This document shows positions 1-11,902 of a stretch of DNA of 64,000 nucleotides, one piece after another. Within the stretch, counting starts at the first letter, position 1; each line of letters starts with the position of its first letter. A model generated the notes under the pieces. The model ran no database searches, had not been told where the DNA came from, and worked only from the letters and a program-made list of their open reading frames with translations. The stretch covers positions 234,980,001-235,044,000 of the forward strand of contig NC_091471.1 of assembly GCF_036971445.1 (NCBI RefSeq). The letters run 5' to 3'. The translations under genes and the position numbers were made by a program. This DNA comes from Narcine bancroftii. Its lineage: Eukaryota.

Positions 1-76
1 TGGTCCCTGGGAGAACATTTGGGGGAATATTCCAACACTTGCTCGCAATTCACTCCAGGGATTTCCTTGTTTCATG

Positions 77-213
77 CACAGAGTGAAGCCCTCTCCTGTC
101 CCATCACACACTCCCAGGGTGGGACACAGAGTGAAGCCCCCTCTCCCCCATCCCAACACACACTCCCAGGGTGGGACACAAAGTGAAGCCCCCTCTCCTC
201 CGTCCCGTCACAC
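77..213. repeat. Short tandem/dispersed ~50-bp repeat (CACAGAGTGAAGCCCC...CCCGTCACACACTCCCAGGGTGGGA)
   Basis: About 3 copies here; the same family recurs at 19755-20130 and, inverted, at 32765-32890. Confidence 0.75.
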
Positions 214-719
214 AAACTCTGTTGAAGTGAAATGAAGGTGTTGAATGGATTTGTTGTCAAGACACCGTTAGAAAGTACCTCTGTATTAATCAGGAGTTAA
301 TATATAATTGGTGAAACTTTCCTGGATGTGAACTAATATGTTTGAGTCGTTCCTGTTATGGTTCGGTTGCTGTTCTGGAGCAAAGAAAGGCCTTTCGTCC
401 AGTGCCCTCTGCTATCCCAACCTCCAGCCACTCCCATCTCACTATGTCCATCACTTCCTTTGCCCTGTCTATATCCTCGATGCCTGATGAACGAGGTGGG
501 GTCAGCCCTTTTCCCCAGTGGCTTGTCCCACAGACCCACACCCCCTCAGTATGGGTGTGGGGGGAAGGAATGTCTCCCCTTTAAATCTTTCATCTTCAAT
601 CGCGATCCTTTGGTCTTCGACTCGCTGACCCTGGGGAGGAGGGTAATGTTCTGGCACTTTTTGCTGCTCAACAACACCCCTTCCTACAGTTGGGGAAACT
701 CCAAAATACAATTCCAATC

Positions 720-2735
720 GTTTCTCCCACCGCTCCCCGTCTCTCAACACCTCCTTTCCCCTCTGTCTTCCCCCATATTTCCCCTCTCCCGTAACTCCAC
801 CTCCCCCTCTCCCCTTATTTCCCCTCTCTCCTGCACCTCCCCTCCCCCTCTCCCTCTTATCTTCCCTCTCTCTCCCTCACCTCCCCCTCCCCCTTATTTC
901 CCCTGTCTCTTCCAGACCCCCGCCCCCTCATCTCCCCTCTCCCACACCTCCCCCTCCCATCTCCCCTCTATCTCCCACACCTCCCCCTCCCACCTTCCTC
1001 TTCCCTTATCTCCCCTCCCGCACCTCCCCTTCCCCCTCCTCTTATTTCCCCTCTCTCCCACACCTCCCCCTCTCCTCCTTATCTCCCGCATCTCCCCCTC
1101 CCCCGCTTATCTCCCCTCTCTCTCATGCGTCCACCTCCCCCTCTCCTGTTTATTACCCCTCTCTCCAGCACCTCCACCCTTCCCCTCTCCCCCTTATCTC
1201 CCCTCTCTCCCCTGCATTTCCCACTCCCCCTTATCTCCCTTCACCCGCACCTCCACCTCCCATTCTCCCCCTTATCTCCCTTCTCCTGCACCTCCACCTC
1301 CCCTCTCCACCTTTTTCTCCCCTCTTTCTCTTGCACCTCCCACTTCTCCTTATCTTCCCTTTCTCTCCCTCACCTTCCCCTCCCCCCTTCTCATCCCACA
1401 CCTCCCCCTCCCCCTTATCTCCCCTCTCTCCTGCACCACCCCCTCCCCTTATCTCCCCTGTCTCCCATACCTACCCCTCCCCTCTCCCCCTTATCTCCCC
1501 CTCTCTCCTGCACCTCCCCCTTCCCTCTCTCCAGCACTTCCCCCTCCCCTCTACACTTTATTTCCCCTCTCTCCCACACCTCCCTCTCCCCCTTATTTCC
1601 CCACTCTCCCACACCTAGCGACCCCTCTCTCTCCTGCACCTCCCACTCCCCCTTATCTCCCCTCACCCGCACCTCCACCTCCCATTCTCCCCCTTATCTC
1701 CCTTCTCCTGCACCTCCACCTCCCCCTCCACCTTATCATCCCCCCTCTCTCCTGCACCTCCCACTCACCCTTATCTCCCCCTCTCTCTCCTGCATCTCCC
1801 CCTTCCCCTCTCCAAATTTTCTCCCCTCTCCTGCACCTTCCCCTCCCCCCTTATTTCCTCTCTCCCACACCTTCCCCCTCCCCCCTTATCTCCCCTCTCT
1901 CCCGCACCTCCCCCTCCCCTTATCTCCCCTCTCTCCTCAACTCCTCCCCCTCTCCCCTTATCTCCCCTCTCTCCCGCACCCCCTTCCCCTCTCGCGCTTA
2001 TCTCCCCTCTCTCCCATACTTCCACCTCCCCCTTCTGCTTATCACCCCTCTCTCCTGCACCTCCATGTCCCTCTCTCCTCTTATTTTTTCTCTCTCTCCT
2101 GCACCTCCACCTCCCCCTCCCCCTTATCTCCCCTCTCTCCTGCACCTCCCCCTCTCCCTTATCTCACCTTTCTCCCTCATCTCCCCCTCTCCCCTTATCT
2201 CTGCTCTCCCATACCTCGCCCTCTCCCCCTTATGTCCTCTCTCTCCCGCACATCCTCCTTCCCCTCCCCCTTATCTCCACTCTCTCTTCCACACCTCCCT
2301 CCCATCTCCAGGTTATCTCCCTTCTCTCTCCTGCACCTCCCCCTCCCCGCTACCCATCATCTCCCCCCTCTCTCCCACACCTCTCCCTCCCCCCATATCT
2401 GCCCTCTCTTTCCCCACACCTCCCCCATCTCCCTCTTATCTCCCTCTCTCTCCCACACCTCCCCCCTTATCTCCTCTCTCTCCCGAAACTCCCCCTCCCC
2501 TCTCTCCCTTATCACCCCTCACTCCTGCACCTCTCTCGCCTCCTCTCCCACTTATCGCCCCTCTCTCTCCTGCACCTCCCTCTCCCCCTTATCCTGCACC
2601 TCCCCCTAATGTACCCTCTTTCTCCCCCCCTCTCTTTCCCTCCCCTCTCTCTCCCTCGCCTTCTCTCCACTCCCCTCTCTCTCCCCCTTCCATTCATTCC
2701 CCTCTCTCTGCCCATCTCCCCTCTCTCCCCCCACC
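720..2735. repeat. CT-rich degenerate minisatellite (core CCCCTTATCTCCCCTCTCTCCTGCACCT) upstream of the IZUMO1-like start codon
   Basis: Dozens of degenerate copies, nearly all pyrimidine on +. Explains the spurious 817-aa and 494-aa Pro/Ser/Leu ORFs. Confidence 0.9.
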
Positions 2736-2869
2736 TGGGGCCATGAGACTCTCCGGGAGGGGCAGGACTCTGTGGTGGGACAGGGAGGGAGGTGGGCGAG
2801 GCCCTTTATGAGCTCAGCAGGGCCTCTGTGTGACTCTGCAGCCAGGTTCCAGGAGCCGCCACAGGCCAG

Positions 2870-3071
2870 ATGTTGGCTCTGGTTCTCCTGGTGTTCCTGG
2901 CCCTGATGAAGGGGTCAGATGGCTGCCTACTGTGCTCCAGGGCGCTGAAGGAAGCTCTGCGCGAACTCCGCGAGCACCATGTGCCTGACCGGAGCCAGGG
3001 CTATGATCAGAAACGAGCCCAGACTGCTCTGGATGAGCTCGTCCGCACCTACCAGCGATACGACTTCATGG
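2870..3071 (+). CDS. IZUMO1: IZUMO1-like sperm-egg fusion protein, coding exon 1 (signal peptide, CxxC, Izumo helices)
   Basis: MLALVLLVFLALMKGSDG-CLLC-SRALKEALRELREHHVP...YDFM: hydrophobic signal peptide followed directly by CxxC, as in Izumo-family proteins. Phase-1 donor G|GTAGGC at 3072; a weaker same-phase GC alternative lies at 3090. Confidence 0.8.
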
Positions 3072-3768
3072 GTAGGCTACAACTGGACTGCGAGAACTGG
3101 CAACTCCCTCCCTGCCCCCCCCCCAACCTCTCAGCCTTCACCTTGCTCCCCTCCCCTCCCTGTCCACTTCCCCCCTCTGACCTCCACCTTCGCCTCTACC
3201 TCCCTCCCTCTCTTTTTCTGCCTCTCTCCCTCCCCTTCCCCCCTCTGAACTCTTCCCCTTCTCTTCCTCCCCTCCCCTCCCCATCATTCACCATCTCCTC
3301 TACCTTCCTCACTCCCCTTCCCTTCATCCCTCTCCCCTCCTCCTCCCTCCTACCCTCCCCTTCCCATTTCTGTCCTTCTCCATCGCCTCTACCTCCCTCC
3401 CTGTCTAACTCCCTCCCTCCCCTTCATCTCTCTCTCTCCTCCTCCCTCCCTCCCCTTCCCCCTCCAACCTCCACCTTCTCCTCCTCCCTCAAACCCCTCC
3501 CCTTCTCCCCTCTGACCTCCAACTTCTCCTCTACTTCCCTCCCTCTCTTTTTCTCCTTTCCTCCCCTCGCCTTCATCCCTCTCCTCCTCCCACCCTTCCC
3601 TTCCCCCATCCGTGCTCTTCCCCATCTACCCCTCCCTCCGTCCCTCTCTTCACCTCCCTTCCCTCCCCCTACTGTCCTCTTTCCCATCTTCTCTCTCCCC
3701 TTGCTCCTCCATCCCCTTCTCCACCCTCACACGTTCCCATCATTGATCGAGACCTCGTATATTCCCAG

Positions 3769-3843
3769 CTCAGTACATCCTTGACAGACTAACCATCGAT
3801 CTCAAGAGAGAAATTGTGGGAATCATCAAACAGAATCTAAAAG
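3769..3843 (+). CDS. IZUMO1: IZUMO1-like coding exon 2 (75 nt, QYILDRLTIDLKREIVGIIKQNLK)
   Basis: CCCAG acceptor after a pyrimidine tract, AAG|GTTCAA donor, phase 1-1. Aligns without gaps to human [24 protein letters not shown] (recalled sequence). Confidence 0.75.
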
Positions 3844-3869
3844 GTTCAAACCTTCAACTTAAGTCATAA

Positions 3870-5732
3870 GGGTCGTGGGTCTGATCCAGGGGTTCAGGGT
3901 GGGTTTATATTATAGGATAACAGAACTCAGAGGGAGTGGCTAACAGGCTGGATGGGATCCAGGGGTTCAGGGGGACTATCTATATATAGAATACCAGTAC
4001 CCTGGATGAGGGTCTCAGGCTGGGATCTGATCCAGGGGTTCAGGGAGTTTATATAAAGGATAACGGAACCCGGGAAGGGGTCAAAACCTCAGATCTGATC
4101 CAGAATTTCAGGGGGTCTATATACAGAATTACAGATCCCTGGTAGCGGGTCCCAGGTTGGGGTCTGATCCAGGGGTTTGGTGCGTTTATATATAGAATAA
4201 GAGATCCCCGGGAGGGGAATTACAGGCTGGGGTCTGATCCAGGGGTTTGGGGGGGGTGGATTATATATAGAATAACATTCCCGGGTGGGGGGTCACAGCT
4301 GGGTTCTGATTCATTGGTTCGGGGTGGGTTTATATATAGATTAACAGATCTCCAGGAGGAGGTCACAGGCTGGGATCTAATCCAGGGGTTTGGTGCGTTT
4401 ATATATAGAATAATAGATCCCCGGGTGGGGATCACAGGCAGGGGTCTGATCCAGGGTTTCGGGAGAGGGGGGGTTATATATAGAATAACAGATCCCCAGG
4501 AGGGGATCACAGGCTGGGGTCTGATCCATGGGTTTGGGGATTTTATATAGAGAATAACAGATTGCCCGGAGTGGGTCACATGCTGGGGTCTGATCAAGGG
4601 TTTCAGGAGGGTTTATATATAGAACAAAAGATCCCCGGGAGGGGGTCCCAGGCTGGGGTCTGATCCATGGGTTCAGGTAGATTATGTATAGAATACCAGT
4701 TCCCTGGGAGGGGGGGGTCACAGATTGGTGTCTGATCCAGGGGTTCAGGGAGTTTATATATAGAATAACGGAACCCGGGAAGGGATCACAGGCTGGAATC
4801 TGATCCAGAGGTTCAGGGGGGTTATATATGGAACAAAATATCCCTGGGAGGGGGTCCCAGGCTGGGATCTGATCCAGGGGTTCAGGGGGCTTATAGAGAG
4901 AATATCAGTTCACCGGGAGTGGGTCACAGGTTGGGGTCTGATCCAGAGGTTTGGGGTGGCTTTATATATAAAATAACAGATTCCCGGGATTGGCTCAGAG
5001 GCTAGGGTCTGATCCAAATGTTCGTTGGGGGTTTATGTATATAATAACAGATCCCTGGGAGTGGGTCACAGTCTGAGGTCAGATTCAGGTGTCCAGGGGT
5101 GAATATCTAGAGTAACAGATCCCCGTGTGTCACAGTCTGGGGTCTGATCCAGGTGTTCTGGAAGTTTATCGATAGAATAAAATCTCTGCAGGAAGAGGTC
5201 ACAGGCTGGGGCCTGATCCAGGAGTCCGGGAGATTTATATATAGAATTAAATATCCCCGGGATTGGATCAGTAGCTGGGGTCTGATCCAGGGTTTGGGGG
5301 GGTTGGTGTTTGAGTATTAATATCTCGAGTAACAAATCCCCGTGAGTTTGTCACAGGCTGGGGTCTGATCCATGGATTTAGTGGGGTTTATATATTGAAT
5401 AACAGATCCCCAGGTGGGGATCACAGGCCGGGGTCTGATCCAGGAGTTCAGATGGTTTCTATCTAGATTAACAGATATCCAGGAGGGGGGTCAAAGGTTG
5501 GGATTTGATCCAGACATTTGGGGGGAATTATATATAAAATAACATCCCTGGGAGGGGATCACAGGCCGGAGTCTGATCCAGGGGTTCAGGGAGTTTATAT
5601 ATAGAATAACAGATCCCCGGATTTGGGTCACAGACTGCAATCTGATCCAGGTGTTCGGGGGGTTTATATACAGAAATACAGATCCCTGGGAGGGGGTCAC
5701 AGGCTGGAGTCTGATCCAGAGTTTCAGGGGTG

Positions 5733-5767
<35 letters not shown>

Positions 5768-5993
5768 CAAAAGATTCCCGGATTTGGGTCACATGCTGGG
5801 ATCTGATCAAGGAGTTCGGGGGTATATATATAGAATAACAGATCTCCGGGAGGGGTGTCACAGACTGGGGTCTGATGCAGGGCTTCTGGGGTTTATATGT
5901 AGAATAACTGATCCCTGGGAGGGAGTAACTGTCTGGGGTCTGATCCAGAGGCTCAGGAGGTTTATATATAGAATAACAGATCACCAGGAGGGG
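3870..5993. repeat. ~59-bp minisatellite (CACAGGCTGGGGTCTGATCCAGGGGTTCAGGGGGTTTATATATAGAATAACAGATCCCCGGGAGGGGT), left arm
   Basis: Regular degenerate tandem units with a (TA)n expansion at ~5739-5764. Ends exactly at the ERV LTR. Confidence 0.92.
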
Positions 5994-6524
5994 TTTGAAA
6001 TATAAAGTGTTCACAATCACTACTCTTGAGACAAAGTCTTGGAGAACAGGTTCAGTTTTATTTCAGGTAGACAGAGCTGGGTGTCCCTTGTCTGGAGACA
6101 CACCGGAGGTTCAGAATCATCACTCTTTTGTACAGTCCCATGCTCAACATCACCCCACCTTCATTTACCTTCTTCCAATCAGAATCCCAATCCATTACAA
6201 CCTTTTCCATTCTCTCCCATCAATACAGTTATCATTCAGTCCCTCCCTCATCATACATTGCATGTTATGTAAATTAGTTCATTCCCTCCTTGGGGGCGTC
6301 TAAGTTAATATTCATATCTCTCTATTAAGCAAGCGCAGTACTAGCTATGGAATACCCTAGGTCATGGTCCCAGCCTGAACCAGATCCTTGCATCCTTGAG
6401 GCTTCTGATAAGAAGAGGCCCACTAAATAGTACTGTCTGTTTTTCAAGCTCTAATTTACATTCTTTGCATTCCATCCCCTTTTACGAATGGTGTGAATTT
6501 AATCATTTTCAGCCATTTTTCTCA
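5994..6524 (-). repeat. ERV 3' LTR
   Basis: TTTGAAA...TTTCTCA on +. About 40 substitutions versus 11903-12433 by hand count, no indels seen. AATAAA on - at 6057-6062; PPT AGAGAAAAGGGAGGAAT on - at 6525-6541. Confidence 0.93.
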
Positions 6525-6631
6525 ATTCCTCCCTTTTCTCTTTACCATGTATTTCTGATTAAACTGCATTATCATTATTCTTATTGTTGGCTTTTTGTTT
6601 CCTCAAATTGTTGGAGCATAAATTGAATTTG

Positions 6632-7450
6632 TCATTGCTCATCTGCCACAGGTTTTAATATCATTTGTCGTGCACCTATGGCAGAATAAATTAATCTGGT
6701 ATATCCGACAAATAAACCAACCAGAATTAATAAACCATAATGGCAAGGTGAATGTACCATTGCCCTCAACCTCTGAGACGCCAGTCTCCCCATGTCCAAT
6801 TGACCCATACATTTTCTCTGCCCATGTGAAGAAACTGGTACAGGCAGTTGGTCAAGGACACGGACATGGGGAATTAGGTAGGCAAGGTAGCAACATTCAC
6901 TCCAACCCTTAAGATGGCAGGTTAATTTAAAGCCCTTTGTCCGATTCCAACATTCCCTTTCCCCAGGTAACCATGAGTAAATGTTACGTCCACATACCCA
7001 ATATGTGCCATTATTGGCAGTGGAATTCGCAAGCGGGTGACTGTCCAATTCTGCATGCAATTGGAAATTCCTTGTTAGTGTGGGGCAGATTGATTTATAT
7101 TACAGAGACAGGTCGTGTTCTTAAGTCCCTCCTCAAAAGAAAGCAACACCCCAGACTGAGTAGTTGCCGACTTTGCTGGTTTTGGCCATAAGGACCACCC
7201 TTTGAACTTATCCTCAATGGTTTGATCATGGTTTTTTGACAGGGTATATATATCAAACAATTCGTGTAGGGAGAGAGGGACCGCTACTAAGGGCTTTCAT
7301 GACTTTCCATGGTGTATTTTCGCGCATACCCAACAATCTGTTTGAATTTAGTGTTTAGCATAGTTAGTACTCAGAGAGATAAAAGAATTTTTGAGTTTAA
7401 CATGCAAAGCTATGATATGTACAAGTACAAATTGAAATGGAAAACATAAA
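6632..7450 (-). pseudogene. env: ERV env remnant (SU with CWVC; TM ectodomain deleted)
   Basis: NSFISLSTNYAKH*IQTDCWVCAK and GTYWVCGRNIYSWLP...WSECCYLAYLIP run directly into a Trp-rich membrane-proximal segment (WVNWTWGDW) and a hydrophobic anchor. Contains stops and frameshifts; no fusion peptide, ISD or CX6CC seen. Confidence 0.8.
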
Positions 7451-7470
7451 AGTCTCATTGTTGCGGTTTT

Positions 7471-8450
7471 TTACTCCTCTTTCTTTCCCTCTGCTGGTGG
7501 TGGGTTCACTGGTCCCTTTATTCTTGAAGCGTGTGTCCTCCCCTTTTCCTCCGTTTGGACCGCTGTTTCTGTGGTTAATGGTACCAAATATAGTCCAGTC
7601 CACTGGGGCTGAAGCTTTTCTTCTTTCCACGATTTGATCAGGACCCAGTCACCAGCAGTCACAGGGTGGATAGGGAAATCCAGAGGAGGGCTCTGCACCA
7701 GCAGACCCTTAGCTTTTAAATCTGCAAGAGAATGAGAGACTGCCAGTGAATAGTTCCTTAAAGACACATCATTACTTTCGACCATAGGTATTCCTTCTAC
7801 CCGTCCCAAATATGGGAGTCCAAATAACATCTCGTACGGGGATATTCTAATGTTTTGTCGTGGGGCTGTCCGAATTCTAAGAGCTATTGGTAAGTATTTG
7901 GTCCAAGCTTTCAGTTTTGTAATTTGCATTTTTAAAGTGGCATTCATTCGCTCTACTCTCCCTGAACTCTGTGGATGCCATGGGGTATGTAACTTCCATT
8001 CTATCCCTAATGATTCACAGACCAGGCTGTGAATTTTAGAAGCAAAGTGAGTTCCCCGATCTGCATCGATGGACTCAGCTATTCCATATTGGGGTACAAT
8101 TTGTTCCAGAATTATTTTTGCTACTGCTTGTGCAGTGACATTAACAGTGGGGAATGCTTCGACCCATCTCATGAGGTGATCCACTATTACTAGTAGAAAT
8201 TTCCATCGCTGGACCTTAGGGAGTTCAATGAAATCCACTTGTATCCGCTGAAATGGGCGGATTGCTAAAGGTTGTCCTCCTCCAGGCATAGCTCTCATAA
8301 CTTTCTTATTAACCTTTAAGCAGATCACACAGCGGCCCACTGTCTGTCTTGCTAGGGTATATACTCCTCTATAGGCGTAGGTTCGTAAAAATGCATCACA
8401 CAGTGCCTGAGCTCCCCAGTGTGAGTGTGAGTGCAGTTCCCCTATTATCT
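7471..8450 (-). pseudogene. pol: ERV integrase
   Basis: HWG...CVIC zinc-binding residues, IQVDFIELP, IDADRGTHF, PWHPQSSGRVERMN (D,D35E), and a C-terminal GDWVLIK...WTGLY. Confidence 0.92.
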
Positions 8451-8628
8451 GCCTGGGATTTATTTAACAATTGTCTTCCATTGGGGAGCCACCATTTTCC
8501 ATCTTCCGTTTACTTGCTCCCATCTTTTCCATTTGTTCTTCTTCAGGGAGGGAAAAGATAGGTACCTTCTTCAGCCCTTCTCTGAGAGGTATCAGAGTCA
8601 TCATGTGCCCTGTTCCTGATCGTGCCGC

Positions 8629-9175
8629 CTATCGAGCCAGTTCATCAGCCATTCGATTTCCTCGGATTTCTGGTGAGCTCCCCTTCTGGTCTCCTGGTAC
8701 ATGTACTATGGCAATTCTTTCTGGTTTAATTAATGCTTCCAAAGTCTTTTCAATTAGTTGCTCATGAGCCTGTTCTTTTCCTCTTGCTGTTATCATCCCC
8801 CATTCTTTCCAGATCTTCCCAAATGTGTGTTCCACTCCAAAGGCATATTTCAAATCTGTATATATGGTACCTTCCTGCCCTTCCAACAGTTCCAGGGCTC
8901 TCATTAGGGCATAAAGCTCACAGGACTGAGCAGACCAGCTGCCGGGCAGACGCCCAGTCTCCACCTCAGTTCCGTTAACCCTATCAACGATGGCATATTC
9001 ACTGTATCTCTTTCCGTCTATACAGTTCGACGATCCATTTATGAACCATCGTTGTCCTTCCAGGTCTTCTCGACTTTTCGTCTGCAGCTCGACCACCTCA
9101 CTGCAGTCATGTCCTGAGACCTCTGGTTCTTTATCTTCTCTCGACAAATACAGGAACTGTGAAGGGTTCAGGCTT
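8629..9175 (-). pseudogene. pol: ERV tether and RNase H
   Basis: LNPSQFL...HDC...REDL tether, then WFINGSS, SAQSCEL, IYTDLKYAFG, HVPGDQ and GNRMADELAR. Confidence 0.9.
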
Positions 9176-9179
9176 TTAT

Positions 9180-9541
9180 AATTTCGCCATGATACGTCCT
9201 TCCACTGGAGCCGTACTGAATCCTAGTTTAACCTGCAGATCTCATCCCATCAGATTCACACCAGCTTGAGGAACCAGAATCAGGTCTTCAACTGCCTCCC
9301 TGTTCTGGTACTTCAAACATACCCCCTTGATCAGGGGGGTCTTCATGACTCTCCCCCCTACTCCCAATATTCTGATATTTTCTTTCCCCACTGATATGTC
9401 TCGTGGGGCTGTATCACACTGGATCTCTCCGCTCCCGAATCTACCATAAATACTACTTCTTCTTCTAGGAGTCCTAATTTTAGATTTACCAGGGGTTCCT
9501 GTTAGTATCTAATTGACCCCAGAGAGGGGATCCCGACACCC
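9180..9541 (-). pseudogene. pro: ERV aspartic protease
   Basis: EPLVNLKLG...VFMVDSGAERS and VPQAGVNLMG*DLQVKL. Follows the gag TAG-G stop, a gammaretrovirus-type readthrough context. Confidence 0.85.
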
Positions 9542-11647
9542 CTAGTCCTCATTTTCCATCAGAGTATAGGATCGAGTCTCTCTCCTCCATTTTGGGTGGT
9601 CTTGCCTCAGATGCCCTTCTTCATCACAATAGTAACATCTCAGGGACATTTCTTGTCCTCTTCTGCCTCCTCTTGTTGTACCTCTCCCCCCTCTCGGGGA
9701 CGTCTGTCTCTCACGTTCCCACCTTCTCTCCACAACTTGTTCCACTTTTCCACTCTCCGGACATGCACTTTCTGGGCCTCTTTCAACAACTGATCCAGAG
9801 ATTTCTCATTCCAATCCTCCATCTTTTCTGGCTTATTTTTAATGTCTGGCCAGGATTTTGTAACGAAGTTTGCTCGAAGGAGTTGCTGTCCTGCCTCCGA
9901 GTCAGGATTCACACCAGAATACTGCTGCATGTTTTCTCTTAACCTTTGCAGGAAGACTGCGGGTGCTTCTTCCTTTAATTGACAATTTTCAAAGGCTCGT
10001 TCGAAATTTTGGCTTTTTGGCACCTGCTTCTCTAATTCCTTTTATTATTAGATCTCTTAAATCCCACATATTCCTTCTTCCCTCCTCCTGCTGCTTGTCC
10101 CAATCTGGCTGAACAATTGGAAATTTAGTCTCTGCGGCAGCTCCTTGGTGGTCTCCAGGGGGATGCTCTCTTTCCCAAATCCTCATTCCTGCTTGTTGTA
10201 CCATTTGCCTTTCCTCTGCAGTGAATAGAGTTCCTAATATCGATTGCATTTCACCCCAGGTGTAAATGTTAGGCCCCAGGAATTGATTAAACTGTTCAGC
10301 CAAGCCTAGGGGATCTTCCAAAAGACTTTTCATTTCTTTCTTAAAATTTCTCACCTCCATACTGATGAGAGGAATGTTGATGAATCCCAACGCCCCTTAT
10401 CCTATTGGAACCTCCCTCAAAGGGAACATCTGTAAATTGGCTTGGGCTTTTGGTTCCTTTCTCTCCAACGGAAAGGATCTCATATCGCCTTGTAATATCT
10501 CCACCTCGCCCCTTCTCTTTTTCTCGGGTTTTTCCTGCCTGTCCAAGCCCCTCTGTCTTGCCTCCTCCAGCTCCAGGGCACAGGCCTCTACCCTTCCAGC
10601 GGGCCCCCACACCCATTGGTGATTCCCGGGAGGGATATTACCAGCATCCTGGTGATCCTCCCCTCCCCTTCTGGTGTCATATGGTGGAGGCAGGTGCTCT
10701 AAAGGATCCCAGGGAGGTACGTCTGCCTCCTCATTTTTCATGGTGATCTTAAACACCTCGGCCACCCAGATCCAACACGCTGCATAATCTGACTCTTCCT
10801 GATCAAAAGGACTTCTTGTATTTACGAATACATTTAATTTCTGACATATCCAATCTTCATCTGACCCCAATTGTGGCCACCAGACTGAGGAGCCCAGAAT
10901 CGGAGTCTGGGGTCATCTGTAATAACAAAACCTTATCATAGTTTCCTTAATTTTTCCCTGGGTCCTTCCCCAACCCCAGTTTCCTAACATCCGCCCCCAC
11001 GGACTATTGGGCGTGTGAGAAACAGAAGTACCTTTACAGATTTCGCTCGAGACAAAAATTGAGAACAAAGAACATTTATTGTACAACAATGCAAAGTTGG
11101 GTGCTTCCCCTTACCATGGGAATACACACACATACTGGGGCTCACCCAACTTTTATACAGTTCATTTCAGTGTAGAGGTACCCTCCCCCCCTTAACATTC
11201 TTCTGCCTCCTGGATTGGTTTGGCATTTGGTAATTCTGTCTGCCTACATGCGTGCAGTTTCTGTAAACTTGAAAGACCATGGGGTATCCTGTCTGGGTCC
11301 CATCATGTCATTGTCATTCATGAATCTGCCTTTGTCCTTATTCACACATCTCAACCCCCAGGACTTACTAATTCTATATGCAGAACTTGCTCATTCTTTC
11401 TATCACTATAAGACCCTTATTCTATTATACTTGCGTAACCCTTCCTCACGCTCTTATCGGAATTCATCCTTATCGGAATTCATCCCTATTCAGCACTTAC
11501 TTAACTTCCTCTAATCTAGTCTAGTATTCCTTATTTCATTCATACTAGCTTTACTTCCTATATTCTATTATCTCTCACAGGCGGGATGTCAATCCCGGGA
11601 CCCCCACTCTGGAGTCCCTTCTTCTCTCAGGTACACTGATTACCCAC
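9542..11647 (-). pseudogene. gag: ERV gag (frameshifted, interrupted by a solo LTR)
   Basis: Degenerate start GTG-GGT-AAT (formerly MGN). MA IPPNSPWGRMLGNW spans the insertion. PPPY late domain (HLPPPYD), capsid/MHR-like QLKEEAPAVFLQRL, and a degenerate knuckle CYYCDEEGHLRQDH. Confidence 0.88.
11014..11579 (-). mobile_element. Solo LTR of a second family inserted into ERV gag
   Basis: TGTGAGA...TCTCACA perfect inverted termini. TSD GGCG at 11010-11013 and 11580-11583. TATAAAA (11151-11157) and AATAAA (11075-11080) on -. Removing it restores the gag frame. Confidence 0.9.
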
Positions 11648-11880
11648 ATCCCTGTCAGATCACACAATCCTGACAGAATCCCAGTCGCCCGAGTAGTACT
11701 CAATAGTCAATTTTTCTTACCTGGGTCTCGTGCTTTCCTAGGTCCTGTTCTCCAGAGTCTACTGTCCGGATATCACTCGCTCAAACCGCTGATGGCAAGC
11801 AAGGAAGTCAGAGACCACTGAAATTAGTGGGATTCACCTTCTCGTTCTTCAATAACCAGTCGCCAAGTGGCGGGAGTTGA

Positions 11881-11898
11881 GTCCCGGATGAGCCCCCA
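11881..11898 (-). promoter_or_regulatory. Primer-binding site, tRNA-Pro
   Basis: TGGGGGCTCATCCGGGAC, 16/18 match to the MLV-type Pro PBS TGGGGGCTCGTCCGGGAT, 4 nt from the 5' LTR. Confidence 0.9.
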
Positions 11899-11902
11899 AG
11901 CT

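Noticed and set aside
358-2811. 817-aa and 494-aa Pro/Ser/Leu-rich ORFs
   Set aside because: They arise from a C/T-rich minisatellite that rarely contains stops; open in several frames with no domain.
2870-3784. 304-aa single-exon ORF
   Set aside because: Only the first ~67 codons are exonic; the rest reads through a pyrimidine-rich intron.
6632-7450. Domesticated syncytin-like fusogen within a fertilization gene
   Set aside because: Env has stops and frameshifts and lacks the fusion peptide and ectodomain, so it cannot encode a fusogen.
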